A stretch of 43,614 bases of DNA from Chiloscyllium plagiosum (GCF_004010195.1 NC_057718.1:99443112-99486725); one strand, 5' to 3'; positions 1-12,774 are shown, counted from the first letter of the stretch. Numbers and translations: made by a program. Notes: generated from the sequence alone by a model not told the origin.

Positions 1-294
1 TGTCAGCGATGTTCACTGGGAATCTTACCATCCTCTCTAGTGTATCTGGTGTGCACTTACAAAGAGGTACTCACGTAGCCACATTTACCCACACGGGCTT
101 GTGTACACACGCCCCACAATATACCCGTGGAACGGTCAAAATGTTAAGGCTATTTTTTAAGATTAAATTAATGGGGTCGACTATGACATGGAGACTACTT
201 TTGAGGGGCAGAAATTCACGTAAATGAATTACGGTAATTCCACACGTGCTATAGGGGAACGCAGCTCACTGAGCTGTACATAATGGGGGGGTTA

Positions 295-533
295 GGTGAA
301 AGTGAGGACTGCAGATGCTGGAAATCAGAGTGCAGATTAGAGAAGGGCTGGAAAAGCACAGCAGGTCAGGCATCCAAGGAGCAGGAAAATCAACATTTCG
401 GGCAAAAGCCCTTCATCAGGAAAGGCTTCATCAGGATGAAGGGCTTTTGCCCGAAACATCGATTTTCCTGCTCCTGGGATGCTGCTTGACCTGCTGTGCT
501 TTTCCACAATGGGAGATTGTCACCACACTCTGA
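295..533. mobile_element. Palindromic Penelope-related hammerhead repeat (family A)
   Basis: AAAGTGAGGACTGCAGATGCTGG...GAAAAGCACAGCAGGTCAGG arm followed by its inverted copy. Hammerhead-type core CTGATGAAGGGCTTTTGCCCGAAA on the minus strand at about 392-419. Confidence 0.8.
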
Positions 534-1062
534 TATGGGATGCATCTGCAATTTTCACGCCAAATTCTTTCATTTCCCACTATTTTCTCTTGTCCACTGT
601 TGTTTTAGCTTCTCAAACTACCACTTTAACCTTTCATTTCTGATAAAAATGTTATCAGACATTTGACTCTCATACAGTCTCACCAATCATTGTAACCATG
701 AGAAATCGTCACCAGCTGCATGGTAATTATTGTGAGCTAAATGCACGTAGGCCTGTCTTATTTAGAAAATGATGGTGTGATAAACTTTGTATCACACTAA
801 TTACACTAATTATAGCGCTCATGCGATAATGATCTTAAGAAATCTGTAATCCACGTTGGTGTGGACTCGACATCAAAACACATAATAGCACGGGAAAGAA
901 AATTCATTTCCTCATCGTAACATAATACCTTGACTCAGAAATCTCAATCTGTCATCTGTGAAGAACTAGGATTGACTTTTACATGAGATATACGGAAAAT
1001 TCCAGATCTTTTGGTCAAAAATAGGGTGTCGACTTTTATGTGGGATTGATTTTCACTTGACC

Positions 1063-2918
1063 TCTTTTATTGCAAAAATATACTTTATTCATAGAAAAAA
1101 ATCTTTGGTACATATACAATTAATGAAGCCATTCAGATTGACACTTACAGAGAACGAACTAACTGACGTTCACCATTCTGTATATTTGCCGTCAACCTCT
1201 TGGTATTTAGCTGAGGTGTCAGCGGGGCCCAATTACTGAATGAGTCCCCATTATTCTTCAGCAGAAGGACCTCAGACGGTGGTCTTTCCCCATTGCGCCT
1301 TGGCAGCAATTACTCCAAGCTTCAGCCTGTCCCTCAGCACGTAGTCCTGGATCTTGGAATGTGTCCGTCTGCAACATTCGGTCAGGGTCAACTCCTTCAG
1401 CTGGAAGATCAGCAGGTTTTGGACCGCCCAGAGAGCGTCCTTCACCGAGTTGATGATCCTCCAGGCACAGTTGATGTTCGTCTCGGTGTGCGTCCCGGGG
1501 AACAGGCCGTAGAGCAGGGAGTCCCGTGTCACGGCGCTGCTCGGGACGAACCTCGACAAACACCACTGCATTCCTCTCCAGACTCCCTCTGCATAGGCAC
1601 ATTCCAGAAGGAGGTGTGTGACAGTCTCGTCCCCCCCGCAGCCACTTCGAGGGCAGCGTGCGGTACGGCTGAGAGCCCTTCTCACCACCAGCCAAGCCAT
1701 GTCTTGGTGCTTGTTGGAAAGTTCTGACAATGAGGCATTCTGCCAAATGGCTTTGACAGTCTGCTCAAGGAACCGCTCGATAGGATTTGCCCTCTCCTTT
1801 TCCCGAAGGGTCTGACCACTTCCTGATGGACTTGTGGTCAAAGGTGTTTTTCTTCATAAACTTCTCCACGAAGGACAGGTGATACGGAACGGTCCAACTA
1901 CTCGGAGCGTTCCGCGGCAGCGAGGCCAGGCCCATCCTTCGCAACACCGGGGACAGGTAGAACCTCAGTACGTAGTAACACTTGGTGTTTGTGCACTGGG
2001 GATCCACGCACTGCTTGATGTAGCCACACACAAAGTGTTGGGTGTGTTTATTCCTGCTTTGCCCAGATCTTTATACAACGAGTCCCTCCGGACCCAGTCC
2101 ATCTTTGATCTCCATATAAATTGGAAGGAGTCCCAGGTGACTGCAGCGGCACAGGTTCTGGGAATAGGCCAGACCTGTGCCACGTATAACAGCAATGACA
2201 GTGCCTCACACCTGATGACCAGGTTTTTTCCCGCGATGGAGAGCGACCATAGCTTCCAGTTTCTGCCTCACTTTGCTGATACGCTCCTCCCAAGACTTGG
2301 CGCACGCCCCAGCCCCTCCGAGCCAAATACCCAACACCTTCAGGTTGTCGGTCCAGAGGGTGAAGGGGATCGAGGATTGGTCGGCCCAGTTCCTGAAGAG
2401 CATGGTCTCGCTCTTGCCTCGGTTTACCTTGGCCCCCGAGGCCCGTTCAAACTGGTCACATATGCACATGAGTCTGCGCACGGACAGCGGATCCGAGCAG
2501 AAAACGGCGACGTCATCCATGTACAGGGAAGCCTTAATCTGCAGGCCCCTGCTGCCAGGAATAGTCACCCCTCTCAGGCTCGCATCCTTCCTGATGGACT
2601 CGGCAAATGGCTCTATGCAGCACACAAACAAGGCAGGAGGGAGAGGGCAGCCCTGCCTGACTCCAGATCTGAACTGAAACCTTTCTGAGTCCCACCTGTT
2701 GATTGAGACTGCGCTGATGTTGGTGTAGGGCAGTCGGATCTAATTGCAGACTCCCTCCACTAAACCTATTTTGGAGAGAACCTCTCTCATGTAGGTGTGT
2801 GATATCCTGTCAAAGGCTTTCCCCTGGTCTAGGCTAGTGAGGCAGGTGCCCACCCCCTCTGTCCAGCACGTAGGCGATCGTATCCCTGAGGTGTGCAAGA
2901 CTCTCAGTGATCTTCCCC
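1063..2918 (-). mobile_element. Tx1-clade (L1 group) LINE, 5'-truncated, frameshifted ORF2 plus 3' UTR
   Basis: RT motifs SLDQGKAFDRISH, MFVCCIEPFAESIR and LYMDDV. C-terminal zinc knuckle CPRSGCGGDETVTHLLLEC, stop at 1272. AATAAA signals near 1065-1090 on the minus strand. Confidence 0.9.
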
Positions 2919-2983
2919 TACTCGAGTATATACGGTAATCACGCACAAACCAGGGCAAATGCCTACAACATGCAGTAAAGGTG

Positions 2984-5520
2984 TTCACACACACGCTGTA
3001 CACACACACACCCTTTACACACACACGCTGTATACACACATGCACCCTGTACACACACACCCTATACACACACACGCTGTGCACACACACCCTGTACACA
3101 CACAAACCCTATACACACACATGCTGTGCACACACACCCTGTAAACACACACATCCTGTACACACGCACCCCGTACACGCACATCCCCTGTACACACACA
3201 CAGTACACACACACGCTGTACACACACATAACCTGTATGCACACACGCTGTACCCACACACACACCCCTATACACACACATGCTGTGCACACACACTTGT
3301 AAACACACACATCCTGAACACACCCACCCTGTACACACACCCAGTACACACACACTGTACACACACATACCCTGTATGCACACACACCCTGTATATACAC
3401 ACACACTGTATACACACACACTGTACACACACACCCTCTACACACACACCCTACACACACACACTCTGTACACACGCATACCCTGTACACACACACCCTG
3501 TACACCCACACACTGGACACACACACATACCCTGTGCACACACATACCCTGCACACACACCATGTACACACACACACACACTGTGCATACACNNNNNNNN
3601 NNNNNNNNNNNNNNNNNNNNNNNNNNNNNNNNNNNNNNNNNNNNNNNNNNNNNNNNNNNNNNNNNNNNNNNNNNNNNNNNNNNNNNNNNNNNNNNNNNNN
3701 NNNNNNNNNNNNNNNNNNNNNNNNNNNNNNNNNNNNNNNNNNNNNNNNNNNNNNNNNNNNNNNNNNNNNNNNNACACACACACCCTGTACACACACACAC
3801 ACACCCTATACACACACACGCTGTGCACACACACCCTGTACACACACAAACCCTATACACACACATGCTGTGCACACACACCCTGTAAACACACACATCC
3901 TGTACACACGCACCCCGTACACGCACATCCCCTGTACACACACACTGTACACACACACGCTGTACACACACACCTGTACACACACACACCCTACACACAC
4001 ACACGCTGCACACACACTGTACACACACATACCCTGTACACCCATACCCTGTACGCACATATGCTGTACATACACACCCTGTACACACACACACCCTGTC
4101 CACACACACGCCCTGTACCCACACATATGCTGTACACACAGACCCTGTACACACACATACCCTGCACACACATGCTGTACACACACACATGCTGTACACA
4201 CACATACCCTGTACACATACATGCTGTACACACACAGACCCTACACACACACACACACAGTACACACACATACCTGTACACACGCACGCTGTACACACAC
4301 ACCCTGTACACACACACACTGTACACACACATACCCTGTACACACACGTACCCTGTACATACACACGCTGCACACACACACTGTACACACACATACCCTG
4401 TACACCCATACCCTGTATGCACATATGCTGTACATACACACCCTGTACACACACACACCCTGTCCACACACATGCCCTGTACCCACACATATGCTGTACA
4501 CACACACACCCTGTACACACAGACTCTGTACACACACATACCCTGCACACACATGCTGTACACACACACACACCCTGTACACACACACACTATACATACA
4601 CACTGTACACACACACCCTGTACACCCACACACTGTACACACACACATACCCTGTGCACACACATACCCTGTACATACACACCGTGTACATACACACGCT
4701 GTACATACACACCCTGTCCATATACACACCCTGTATCCACACACACGCTGTACACACACACCCTGTATACACACCCTGTACACACACCTTGTACACACAC
4801 ATGCTATACACACACACCCTGTACACACACAGTACACACACACACACCCTGTACACATACAGTACACACACATCCCCTGTACACACAGTACACACACACC
4901 CTGTACACACACATACCCTGTATGCACACACACCCTGTACACACACACAGTATACACACACACACCCTGTACACACACAGTACATACACATGCTGTACGC
5001 ACACATACCCTGTATGCACACACTCTGTATACACACACACACTGTATATACACACACTGTACACACACACCCTGTACGCACACATACCCTGCACACACAC
5101 ATGCTGTACACACACACATGCTGTACACACACATACCCTGTACACACACACCCTGTACACACACATGCTGTACACACACCCTGTACACACACACGCTGCA
5201 CACATGTACGCTGTACACACAGACCCTGTACACACACACCCTGTACCCACACACATGCTGTACACACACACCCTGTACACACAGACCCTGTACACACACA
5301 TACCCTGTCCACACACACACCCTGTATCCACACACACCCTGTACCCACACATACCCTGTACACACAGACCTTGTACACACACCCTGTATCCACACACACC
5401 CTGTACGCACACACCCTGTACACACACAGACCCTGTCCACACACACCCTGTACACACACCCACCCACACACAGACACACACGCGCACAGACACGTACAAA
5501 CACACACACACGCACTCAGA
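2984..5520. repeat. (CA)-rich complex satellite, unit approximately ACACACACACCCTGTAC
   Basis: Directly visible tandem structure; source of the long H/T/C/V low-complexity ORFs. Confidence 0.97.
3593..3773. other. Assembly gap (181 N)
   Basis: Run of N inside the satellite. Confidence 0.99.
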
Positions 5521-6390
5521 GACACTATAAAAACACGTGGACAGAGATGAAAAGCTGGAAAGACAGTTTACTTGTTTCTGTCTACAGTTTCCGTTGAGTT
5601 GGTTCTTGCTGACCAGAACATTTCTCTCTGGCTTCCCATTCTCAAATGCTTGCCCTGGTTTTCAAGAGGCCCGGGGTGGATATTTCACTATACAATGTCT
5701 GTGATTTTTCTATTAGAAGTCACAGGTAATAGCAAACGCTGAAGGAAGCATGAACTGTGTTTTTCTCAGGTTGAAAGTGCATCTATGTGTGCAGGGTGTG
5801 TGTGTACAGTATGCATGTATGTGTACAGGGTGTGCATATGTGTACAGGTTGTGTGTACTACATATGTGTGTACAGGGTGTGTGCACAGTGTGTGTATACA
5901 GGGTGTATGTGTACAGGGTGTGTGCATGTACACTGTGTGTGTACAGGGTGTGTGTGTGTGTACAGGGTGCATGTGTGTGGGTGTGGGTGTGTGTGTGTGT
6001 CTCTGTGTGTCTGTGTGTGTGTCTCTGTGTGTCTGTGTGTGTGTGTGTGCATGTGTCTGTTAGTGTGAGTGTGTGTGTTGTGTGTGTATGGGTGGGTGTG
6101 TGAGTGTGTGTGTCCGTGTCTGTGTGTGTGTGGTAATGTGCATATGTGTGTTTGTAAGGGGCAGTTTATAATTTGTAACTGATGGTTTATAATTGTTTAC
6201 CTGTAGCTAGTGTCTAACTACATGTAATAAATAATAATTCTTGCAAGTGCAGGAACCCAGTCCGTGCTTCCAATCAACCAAGGTCTGAAAATCGTGTAAA
6301 TCGGGGAATATTGTGTTTAATTTATCTCTGGTGATGAATGTGAGAATAGTGGGGTTTGATTCCCCTTACCCAATGAACTGTGATCCCCTG
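5521..6390 (+). mobile_element. Probable solo-LTR remnant containing a (TG)-rich expansion (5785-6150)
   Basis: TATAAAA near 5526 and AATAAA near 6226 in LTR-like order; termini not resolved. Confidence 0.35.
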
Positions 6391-6946
6391 CAGAAGGGGT
6401 GGGGCTATGGGGTGGAATAATCCCTTCAAGTGAAATCTGATGGTGAAGACCCCATTATATAAAAAAAGAGACAAGGGAATCAAATGTGTTGGGCACGGTG
6501 TGGGCTGGAAACTTTGTGCCAGTGTGTGTGGGAGGTGTGGGGATGGCGTTGGAGGGGCAGTACGGCTGAAAGCCTTGGGAGCTCCTGAAAATCAGTGGGA
6601 TCAGACAGAGACTGTGCACCTCCACACTCCCATCTCCCCTCCCACACAGCCAGGGCGGTTCTTGGCATCCCGTCTTCCCCAGGTGCTTTCACAGCTGCGA
6701 AAAAAAACACTGATTCCTTCAAATATTTATCCAGATCATGAGGTCATTTACACTGAACGGTTTATAAAATTCATGAACATTATTCCCGTCCCCTTTAACA
6801 ACAATCTTTCAGAACAATGGCAGGTTTTGTTCGAGTGAATGCAGAGAATGTTCCCTCTTGATGGGAAGAAGCGACCTGGTGGCCATTTCAATAAAAGATA
6901 ATCACCAAGAAATCCAATAGGGATTTTGGGAAAAAAGTGTCTTAAA

Positions 6947-7930
6947 CCACAAGACCAGCATTAAGCCATTCGGCCCATTGAGTCTGCTCCTCCATTCAAT
7001 CATGGCTGACATGTTTCTCAACCCCATTCTCCTGCCTTCTGTGTGTAGTTTTGAGTCCTATATCTCAGGAAGGATGTGCTGGCATTGGAGGAGGGGCCAG
7101 TAGAGGTTTACAAGAATGATCCCGGGGAAGAAGGGATTGTCATATGGGGAGTGGTTGAGGACTTTGGGTATATACGCGATGGCAGTTTAGAAGGATCTGA
7201 TTGAAAATGACAAAACACTAAGAGGCCTGGATAGAGGGGATGTGGAGAAAGTGTTTCCACCAGGAGGAGAGAGGTGAACCTCTAAGCACGACCTCAGAAA
7301 TGAAGGGATGACCCTTCCGAACAGAGTCAAGGAGGAATTACTTCACCAGAAAGTGCATCTATGTGTACAGGGTGTTTGTGTACAGTATGCATGTGTGTGT
7401 ACAGGGTGTGCATATGTGTACAGGTTGTGTGTACTACATATGTGTGTACAGGGTGTGTGTGCACAGTGTGTGTATACAGGGTGTATGTGTACAGGGTGTG
7501 TGCATGTACACTGTGTGTGTACAGGGTGCATGTGTGTGGGTGTGGGTGTGTGTGTGTGTCTCTGTGTGTCTGTGTGTGTGATTCATGGGTGAATCTGTGC
7601 AACCCATCGCCACAGAAAGCTGTGGAAGCCAAGTCACTGAGTGTGTTTAAAACAGTGATGGACAGGTTCTTAGTTAGTAAGACATTGAAAGGTTAGAGGG
7701 AGAAGGCAGGAGAATGGGGTTGAGAAACGTATCAGTCATGATCGAATAGTGGAGCAGACTCAATGGGCTGAATGGCCTAATTCTGTTTCTCGGCTTTTGG
7801 TCATATGGCTCCTATAACCGTGATCCCTTTATTAACCTGTCCATCTCTGACTCAAATACCCAGTGACCCGGCTTCCACTGCTGTCTGGGGGAATGAGTTC
7901 CACAGATTCCCCAGCCTGTGGCTGAAGAGA
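6947..7930 (-). mobile_element. CR1 LINE 3' fragment, split by a nested opposite-strand CR1
   Basis: GCCATTCGGCCCATTGAGTCTGCTCC tail at 6966-7040; resumes at about 7810-7930 (GAATGAGTTCCACAGATTC). Confidence 0.75.
7041..7808 (+). mobile_element. CR1 LINE 3' end containing a (TG)-rich insertion at 7349-7580
   Basis: CTCAGGAAGGATGTGCTGGCATTGGAG (LRKDVLALE) through the 3' tail ATGGGCTGAATGGCCTAATTCTG. Confidence 0.85.
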
Positions 7931-8804
7931 TCTACAGCCGTGGAGCAGAGAAACTGGGGGAGGAGTGTGTCGCAGAGTCAGAAAGAGTTGGAGAGGTCCA
8001 CAGCGTGGATAAAGGCCCTTCGGCCCACGGCGGGAATGTGGGACTCACTGCTGTTGGGCAAGTTGACGTGAATTATGGTGAGGAGAGTGGGGAGTCAGTG
8101 CAAATCACTGCCACAGGAAGTGGTTGTGGCCTGAATGTTGAATGCTCTCAAGAAGGAGTTCAATATAGAACTTAGGGCTGAAGGAATCTTAGGGCATGGG
8201 GACCAGGGGACTGAGTTGGATGGTCCGCCATGATCATATCGAATGGTAGAACAGCCTCTAGGGGCCGAATAGCCTGTTTCTATATCCTCTGTTTTTCTAT
8301 GAATTACAGAGATATATTTAATGCGAAGCTAGACAAGAGTATGAGGTTCCTCAACTTTCAGGGAATGGTCACAAGCTGTGAAAAGATAGGTCTCTGCTGG
8401 TAGGGGGGTGCAGGGGTCTCTGAACCTTCAGAGATGCGTTTTGGGGTCCTGCTTGCTCAACCGAACACACCCCTCCCCACACTCCCCCCCCCTCTTGCCC
8501 ACCACCGAACCTGCTGTGGCATTAACTGCAGAACTGGGGAGAAGTGAATCCAAGTTACACGCGAGCGTACAGTTGAAAGATTAGTTTGGAAATAAATAAG
8601 AGAAATTCCAGAAGGCATCCATCCTCGGGGAGTAACAAAGCTCCATCAGGTACTTGAGAAAATGCAGGCAGAGGCACTTTGAAAGATAAAAGGCATCAAT
8701 TCTGCAAACATTAAAATGCATCAGTTGAAGTACGGATTCATGCGTGAATTTGTTTATAATGTGTTTATTTAACTAATTTCACTGTCAATGTCACTTCCAA
8801 ACAG

Positions 8805-8847
8805 GAAACGGGAGATGTCCGGACCTGCTCGGGTGTACAGCATTAAG
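8805..8847 (+). CDS. Candidate short internal exon (KREMSGPARVYSIK), gene unidentified
   Basis: Branch-like ACTAAT, acceptor ttccaaacag, donor AAG|gtcaga, in non-repeat DNA; phase-compatible with 15285-15330. Confidence 0.25.
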
Positions 8848-9351
8848 GTCAGATTAAACCTTTGAACTGTGTCCCTTCCTCAGAGATTTTGAACATTCAT
8901 CCTGCTCCAACCTTGTAAAGGTGCCAGTACAGCAGTCAGATCGCTTACGTAACAGAGATTGCTTTGAACAGAGGATACATTGCAAATTGGCTCTCGTTCT
9001 CATTAGTGCTCTCAGGCGGGTGTCCAGGCGAGAGGAGGGTGGGGGGAGAGGGGGAGGGGGGGGGGTGGATATCGTTGGATGACTGAACAAATAATTGATG
9101 CTCCTCTGTCGTTTCCATCTCCATAAGTTGGAAAGGTGACACGGGGAAGAGGTCTGTGCAGCAGCAACATTCCAACCCAGTGAAGGAGCAAGGCCTGCTT
9201 GTGAGTCCACCTTCTGTCAGACACTCAGCTCCCCGAGCATTCCACAGTGGCACCGACTGGAATGTTCACACCACCATGTGTTGACTGTGTGGAAGTGAAA
9301 CCCTTCAGAAAGACGACCAGACCACAGATCACCTCTTATTTCCACTTCGAC

Positions 9352-9730
9352 GATAAGACAATACGAAATAGGAACCAGAGTAGGCCACTCGGCCCCTCGA
9401 GCCTGCTCCGCCATTTAATAGGATCGTGGCTGATCTGACATTCCTCACGTCCACTCTCCTGCTCTTCCCCCGTGACCCTTAATTTCCCCGACTGATCAAG
9501 AATCTATCTATCTCAGTCTTAAATATGCACAGGGACACTGTCCCAACAGCTCTCTCTATGGTAAGGAGTTCCAAAGACTCACAACCCTCTGAGGGAAGGA
9601 GTTCCTCCCCACCTCAGTCTGAAATTAGTGCCACTTTATTCTAAGACTATACCCTCTGGTCCCTGACTCTCCCATGAGGAGAAACATCCTCTCAGCATTG
9701 ACTCTCACAAGCCCCTAAAGAATCTCTTTG
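9352..9730 (-). mobile_element. CR1 LINE 3' fragment
   Basis: Tail GTAGGCCACTCGGCCCCTCGAGCCTGCTCCGCCATT and GAGTTCCAAAGACTCACAACCCTCTGAG. Confidence 0.8.
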
Positions 9731-9759
9731 TGAAAGATGAATTACTCTGGCCCTGTCTC

Positions 9760-10350
9760 AGCTGATCTTCATCACTCCCCTTGCTTACCTCTAGACTCGA
9801 TTGGTCCAGTGTTCTTCTGCTCAGTCTGCCACATCCAAACCTCTCTAAATCCGAGGTCACCTTAAACTCTGTTGCCCTTGTCCTGCACTCATAGCCCCTC
9901 CCCACCCCCGAATTCCATCGTAGCAGCCTAGCTCACCGACCGAGGTTAACCCCAGCAAAGCAATGTCCTGACTTTAAAATTCTCATCCTTGTCCTCAGGT
10001 CCCTCCATGACCTTGCGCTCCCTTTCTCTGTCACCTCCTCTAGCAACGCAGCACCCTGAGCACTCTGTGCTTCTCGAATTCTGATGTTTAGATCAGAGTG
10101 GTGCTGGAAAAGCACAGCAGGTCAGGCAGCATCCGAGGAGCAGGAAAATCGACATTTCGGGCAAAAGACCTTCATCAGGAATTCCGAGCTTTTGAGCATC
10201 TCCAATTTTAAACGCACCCGTTTTGGTGGCGAGACCACTATTTATTCGGATCCCGAGCTCTGGAACCCCCTTCCCAAAGCTCTCTGCCTTCCTCTCTCTC
10301 TTCCTCTCAGACATTCCTGAAAACCTCTACCCCTTTGGTTGATCTTTCGA
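9760..10350 (+). mobile_element. L2 LINE 3' fragment
   Basis: TTTAAAATTCTCATCCTTGTC (FKILILV) and CTCTGGAACCCCCTTCC (LWNPLP) motifs. Confidence 0.7.
10085..10178 (-). mobile_element. Single-arm hammerhead repeat (family A) inserted in L2
   Basis: Core CTGATGAAGGTCTTTTGCCCGAAA on the minus strand. Flanked by GAATTCTGA (10076-10084) and GAATTCCGA (10179-10187). Confidence 0.75.
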
Positions 10351-10377
10351 GCAGCTGACCTGTGTGCCTCGATCATC

Positions 10378-10552
10378 GTCAAAAGTCACATGACACCAGG
10401 TTATAGCCCAACAGGTTTATTTAAAATCACAAGCCTTGATGAAGGGGCAGCTCTCCGAAAGCTTGTGATGTTAAATATACCTGGTAGATGATAATCTGGT
10501 GTTGTGTGACCTTTGACTTGGTCCATCTCAATTCAACACTGGAACCTCTACA
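10378..10552. mobile_element. Palindromic hammerhead repeat (family B)
   Basis: Inverted arms around TTGATGAAGGGGCAGCTCTCCGAAAGCTTGTG. Confidence 0.7.
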
Positions 10553-10559
10553 CCTTGAT

Positions 10560-11055
10560 TGTAGAGTCAGACAGAATAGAAACAGACTCTTTGGTCCAAC
10601 CAGTCCATCCTCACCATAATCCCAAACTCAACTAGTCCCACCTGCCTGCATTTGGCCCATATCCCTCCAAACATTTCTCATTCATGAACTTATCCAAATA
10701 CCTTTGAAATGTTGTAACTGTACCACCACTTCCTCTGGAGGCTCATTCCACCTCTATGTGTAAAAAAGAGCCCCTCATGCCCTTTCCAAATCTTTCTCGC
10801 TCACCGTAAAAATCAACCCCCTAGTCTTGAAATCCCCAACCCGAGGGAAAAGATATCTGCCATTCACCTTATCTATGACCCTCACGATTTTATCAACTTC
10901 CAAAAGGTCACCCCTCAACCTCCCTCGCTCCAGTGAAAAAAAGTTCCCAGCCTATCCAGCCTTTCCATATATCTCAAACTCTCCATTCCCAACAACATCC
11001 TGGTAATTATTTGCTGAGTCCTCTCCAGCTTCCTGCAACAGAACTGGACACAATA
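10560..11055 (-). mobile_element. CR1 (HER1-like) LINE 3' fragment
   Basis: Reverse complement of a CR1 ORF2 end (CTATCCAGCCT, CACCACTTCCTCTGG) and tail. Confidence 0.85.
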
Positions 11056-11137
11056 TATCTAATTTTAATTTAGAATATTGCTGAACACTGCCATGGAAAA
11101 TGTTGCTACATTGAAGATTCTACGCAGATTTCTTAGC

Positions 11138-11245
11138 GTTCTGAAGGAGGGTCACTGGACCTGAGATGTTAACTCTGCTTTCACAAGCCAGTTTCTCCAG
11201 CAACGTCTGATTTAGCCTCTGATTTCCAGCATCCGCAGCTCTTTG
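11138..11245 (+). mobile_element. Decayed hammerhead repeat (family C)
   Basis: GTTCTGAAGGAGGGTCACTGGACCTGAGATGTTAAC followed by GATTTCCAGCATCCGCAG. Confidence 0.6.
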
Positions 11246-11574
11246 GGAATACATTGCTATTCTTGTTGAAGATTCACGTCATCGCTTCAAAGCTCCAATC
11301 GCCACGTGAAAATTCAGAATTGGATGTAAATTTACAGCACAACACTTCTGCTTTACAAATGTCGCTGGCTGAGAATTGGGTTTCCAAGAAATAATCAAAA
11401 ATAAAGGTGGAGGCTATGCACTCTTGTTTTGATATGCTTTTTGGGATGTCTCATTATATTAAAGGCAGTACATAAATGTGGGTTGTTGTTGTTTCCCCAT
11501 TCGACAGCCTTGTTCAAGAGCAAAGAAACACAACCTATCCCGGGCACGAAAGCTTTGGTGGGAATGGGGGATGA

Positions 11575-11895
11575 TGTGATGCTAACGCTACTGCATTAGT
11601 AATCCAGAGGCCTGGCTAATGCTTTGAGGTCTTAGGTTCAAATCCCACCATAGCACCTCATGAAATGTAATTCAATTAACAAGCAGGGGATGTCATACTG
11701 ATCATAAAGCTTTTATTTGTTAAGAACCCCATCTGGGACATCAATGTCCGTCAGAGATGGCAATCTGCCATCCTTACCTGGTCTGGTCTACATGTGACTC
11801 CAGACCCACAGCAATGTGGTTGTTTTTTAACTGCAACACGCATTTCTCAGGGTTTTTAGGGATGGTCCTGCAAGTTCCACATCCCCCAAACATGT
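11575..11895 (+). mobile_element. tRNA-derived SINE with LINE-derived tail
   Basis: B-box-like GGTTCAAATCCC; body ATCTGCCATCCTTACCTGGTCTGG...GCAATGTGG shared with 24955-25950. Confidence 0.7.
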
Positions 11896-12164
11896 GAAGA
11901 AAGATGTGATAAAAGCTGACATTTAACATCTCTTGTGTATAATTCTTCGTGTTTGTTCAGTCCGCCACACTCCCACATGTAGGGTTATCAGTCCATCTCT
12001 GAGGACGAAACTTGCTCATGCAAAAGGTATGTTTTCCTTTAATAGTCACGTAGCAACTTGCTTCTGTGAAATGGAGTAAAAAGTCCCAAGGTGCTTGCCA
12101 AAAGAAACATTAGCGCTGAGCCGCATAAGGAGATATTGGAACAGGTAAGGTTGGTTTAAAACAG

Positions 12165-12745
12165 ATGGAAACATATAAAATGGGAGCAGGAATTGCCCAT
12201 TCAGCTCACTCCACCATTCAACATGATCATGGCTCACCATCCAACAGAGTATCGTGCTCCTGCTGTCTCCCCATACCCTTTGATCCCTTTACCATGAAGA
12301 GTTTGAGTTATAGGGAGACGCTGAATAGGCTGGGGGTGTTTTCCCTGGAACTTCAGATGCTAAGGGATCACCTTATAGAGGTTTATAAAATAATGAGAGG
12401 CATGGATAGGGTAAATAGACACGGTCTTTTCCCTGGGGTGGGTGAGTCCAGAACTAGAGGGCATAGATTTAGGGTGAGAGGGGAAAGATTTGATAGGAAC
12501 CTAAGGGGCAAGATTTCCATACAGAGGGTGGTATGTGTATGGAATGAGCTGCCAGAGGAAGTGGTGGAGGCTGGTACAATGACAACATTTAAAAGGCATC
12601 TGGATGGGTATATGAATAGGAAGGGGTTGGAGTGATATGGGCTGGGTGCTGGCAGGTGGGACTAGATTAGGATGGGATATCTGGTTGGCATGGAATAGTT
12701 GGAGCTAAGGCTTTGTTTTCATACTGTACATCTCTACAACTCTAA
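12165..12745 (+). mobile_element. CR1 (HER1-like) LINE 3' end (12293-12745) abutting an inverted CR1 tail (12165-12292)
   Basis: LSYRETLNRLGVFSLE...EVYKIMRG...SRTRGH...WNELPEEVV in ORF 12165..12635. Confidence 0.9.
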
Positions 12746-12774
12746 CAATGCCTAACTATATCTAATTAAGGAAG

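Larger units (their letters stand above)
115..2937. mobile_element. Non-autonomous Tc2/pogo-like (TcMar) DNA transposon remnant, interrupted by two insertions
   Basis: Right end TACTCGAGTATATACGG+TA at 2919-2937. Related subterminal GTCGAC-type repeats at about 173-190, 969-995 and 1024-1060. The left end (~115-140) is very degenerate. Confidence 0.55.

Noticed and set aside
315..533. Recurrent short ORFs ending LLLLGCCLTCCAFP (also at 10093, 25014, 29484, 32526, 33343)
   Set aside because: Translations of the non-coding palindromic repeat on both strands, not a peptide gene family.
1834..2688. 284-aa plus-strand ORF
   Set aside because: Antisense shadow of the Tx1 ORF2; no recognisable motif.
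2981..5597. Long ORFs (849, 687, 453 aa etc.) rich in H/T/C/V/Y
   Set aside because: Artefacts of translating a (CA)n/(TG)n satellite that lacks stop codons; some span the N gap.
9030..9070. G-tract with quadruplex potential (similar tracts at 19181, 19910 and 21189)
   Set aside because: Common low-complexity runs with no supporting context.
11983..12015. GTCC...GGAC-GAAAC hammerhead-like stem
   Set aside because: The upstream sequence is GTTATCA rather than CTGANGA, and no stem I is evident.
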